Source: Eledone cirrhosa
Taxonomy: Eukaryota
Length of the DNA stretch: 64,000 bases
Assembly (NCBI GenBank): GCA_964016885.1
Contig: OZ024742.1
Location: forward strand, 61,690,001 to 61,754,000
Reading direction: 5' to 3'
Shown here: positions 61,150 through 64,000 of the stretch, piece after piece
Layout of the letters: every line of letters begins with the position of its first letter
How positions within the stretch are numbered: the stretch's first letter is position 1
Program-made: the position numbers and the translations under genes
Notes under the pieces: model-generated
What the model saw: the letters and a program-made list of their open reading frames with translations, nothing else
Database searches by the model: none
Told to the model about the DNA's origin: nothing

Positions 61150-64000
61150 CGATATTAAACAAATGGAAACTATATTTATAAAACCATATTTATTTCATTA
61201 TACATATTTCAGGGATACCATATTAAAAATATGGCATGCCTTCTTCTGATAAAATACAATATATAAGCAGTTTTATATATAATTTTGACGTACCATAAAT
61301 ATTGATCAACTTTCATGTAAGAAGTTGGTTTGGTAGTGAGATGTTTATAAATATTTAGTGTTAAGCACAGTTAAAAAGAAAGACGGAGAAAAAGAAGAAA
61401 TGTATGTAAAGAAAAACAGAGAGAAATAGAGAGAGATAGGGGAGAGAGAAATAGTGAGGAGGTGAAAAAAGAGAGGCAGCTGAGGCAACAGATGAATAAT
61501 AATAATTCATCATAGAAATTGAGAGATTTAGGAGGGAGGGAGTACTGTAATTATTTAGTTATAGTGTTAAGGAGACGGAGAGAAATAAAAAATAAAGAGA
61601 AAACAGAGAGATAGAGAAAGATAGAGGTGGGGGGAAAAAAAGAGGTAGACCAAATAATAATAATTATATATGGGGAGGTGGGAGAAATAGGAGAGAAGTA
61701 GGAGAGAAAACAAGAGAGGAGCTCGAGAGGCAAAGTTAAAATAACCGATACTTAAATTTCATCATGTATAAAGAGGGAGGAGAAGAAAGAGCTATATCTA
61801 GAGAGAAGGATGATAGATTTACATGTTTACGTTATGTCCTATCAATTTGAATTATCAATTCATATGAATTGGGTATTATAATGTAAATATCAATATTCGT
61901 GAATGAGACATAGATATATAATGTGTGAAAAATAATGACCATATGTTTAGTTTAAAATTCTGAGGTCGGTGTACCAAAAACTGAGATAAAACTTCAAAAA
62001 ATACGGAAATACATAAGTATATATGTACTTTCCGGAAAAGGAAAGAAAAAGAAAGAGAAGGTCATCTCAAGTTCTAGTAGACACTATAGACATACCCGTG
62101 ATCTTACGTGATCAACTCTGTAATTTCTTGTTTCACAGAAAAAAATTTTCCCTTGTGTTATAAAAGATTTTATTATATATATATATACATAAAAATATAT
62201 ATTAATATTCCTGCCCTCACATACATGATTATCGTTCATGTATAGAATATTATGCATATCTGTAACATATCCAGAACTATAGCCACACATACATATATAT
62301 ATATATATATATGCGTGCGCACATATATGTACATGGACAGATAAAATAAACAGATAAAATAAAATATACTCTGTAATCATTCCATATTCATATTAATACA
62401 TATGGCCTTTGTACAGAGACAACCAGATATTAATATATCAGCACAGAGATATCAAAAACGTTAAAAATATTTTCATCACTCCCTAGAGTATCTCGGGCCA
62501 TAAGAAACACAGTATGCCCCCCATATCAACCACAGAAATCTACCCTTCCAATTTATCTGACAATATATTGTCAAGTTCATTAGAAGCAATCAGAATCAAA
62601 AAGCAAACAAAAAACCAAAAATTATTCAACAAAACTTATTTAGCAGAAATCATTTAAAAGATTTAGGAGACCCTGTTGTTCTACAGATGCTCTTATATTT
62701 AGTATAGAAGTTTATCTAGCGTAAAATTTATTCAATAGATTGGGAGCATCTACATTTTAGGGTAGTTTAATTACATCATTAGTATATATTTATGAAGAAG
62801 GTTTAAAAGAAAAAGTTGAAGGAATCGAAAGATTTATCGTCAGGTTTCATACATTGATTAAATATCTTAACTAATTATACTACATTTTAAATTTATATTT
62901 ATATTTAAACGTTGAGTTCAATCTATGTCTGCAGCAACTGAATAAATTGCTCCTTAAATTAAGGGAATTTTTAGATTTTAATATAAAGAATATCTCCTCC
63001 ACACAGAGGTCACATGTCTCAGATGAGGAATTAAAAGGAATCCCTCTTGAGACAATATTCCAAAACATCGAATATCCAACGTTATCATGTTTAAGTTGCC
63101 AGAGTAAGCCTGATAGTGAAGTTGAAGATTTTTTGTTTGGATCTGTGAAAGAATTCTTATGATTATTATAGCGAAGTTTAAATTCTGTCGAGGTGGAACC
63201 AACATAGTTAAAAGAATTTAAGTTAGTTTTAACATTACAATTGTATATTATATTTTTAACTAAGCAATTGTTATTTAACGGACATTTAGATTTATTTCTA
63301 CAGTTACAGTTGTTTAATTGAATATTGTTTAGGCTATTATCGGTATTTTGGCTAGGTTTTAGATTCCTATTATTTATTCTGTTAATATTTTGTGCTAAAT
63401 TTTTGGTGGACGAGTAAGTTAATTTTATAGTATGTCTATTAAAAATTGAGTGATATTTATGTGTTCTAGGGAAGCGTTTGTCAAGAGCATTAAAAAATAG
63501 TTTAGCAATGTGGGTTTTAATATTTAGTGAGAAAGGGGGGGCAAACCATATTATATTTCTAGTTCTATTTCTTTTCTGGCTTTTGGAATTATTGTAATGT
63601 TTTCTATTATAGTTGTTAAAGTTGTTACCGTAATTAAAATTGTTATTATTTTGGTTAGTTTGCCTATTATTATCGATGTACTTAATTTTATCACTACATC
63701 CTGCTCTAGCAAACGCTTCATTGTAATACTGAGCTTTTTCGTCGAAAATATTTTTATTAGATGAAATTCTTGAGACACAAGGGAAAATTTTTTTTATGTG
63801 AAACAAGAAATTATATAATATTCTATACATGAACGATAATCATGTATGTGAGGGCAGGAATATTAATATATATTTTTATGTATATATATATATAATAAAA
63901 TCTTTTATAACACAAGGGAAAATTTTTTTCTGTGAAACAAGAAATTACAGAGTTGATCACGTAAGATCACGGGTATGTCTATAGTGTCTACTAGAACTTG
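61150..64000 (-). mobile_element. 5'-truncated Penelope-like element (WFAPP / CxCx5C / GIY-YIG) with long UTR and an inverted UTR copy from 63814 running off the window
   Basis: Open frame 62880-63773 SRISSN..YYNEAF..IIWFAPPFS..CNCRNKSKCPLNNNCL..IYNC..YVGST..CDLCVEE; 63814-64000 is the reverse complement of 62068-62252. Confidence 0.92.
61193..61254 (-). ncRNA. Hammerhead motif (CAGAAGA core), homologue of 19082-19143
   Basis: Minus strand ttttat-CAGAAGA-agg..atgccatat..atatggtat..cct-GAAATATGTATA-atgaaa. Confidence 0.62.

Overview
AT-rich eukaryotic DNA, probably intronic or intergenic; the SINE, LINE and microsatellite mix resembles octopus/coleoid genomes (inference from recall, not a search). 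No host protein-coding exon could be supported, and most listed ORFs are microsatellite artefacts. The window is mostly nested mobile elements: a decayed near-full-length Dong/R4-type RLE LINE, Tx1/L1 and RTE remnants, two tRNA-derived SINE families, a hAT-type non-autonomous element and a non-autonomous Helitron. It also holds about ten fragments of Penelope-like elements (PLEs, C-terminal GIY-YIG), many abutting (TA)n tracts. Reading both strands by eye gives about 20 type I hammerhead ribozyme (HHR) motifs in PLE termini, some with non-canonical cores (U3-A8, U4C, U4A). The most interesting signal is a family of palindromic inserts that appear to be snap-back copies of one PLE hammerhead, whose complete parent lies at 43763-43862. 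A tandem HHR-bearing ~429-bp unit and recurrent inverted termini point the same way, suggesting ribozyme hairpins and (TA)n microhomology guide template switching during PLE insertion. Coordinates were read by eye and may be off by a few bases.
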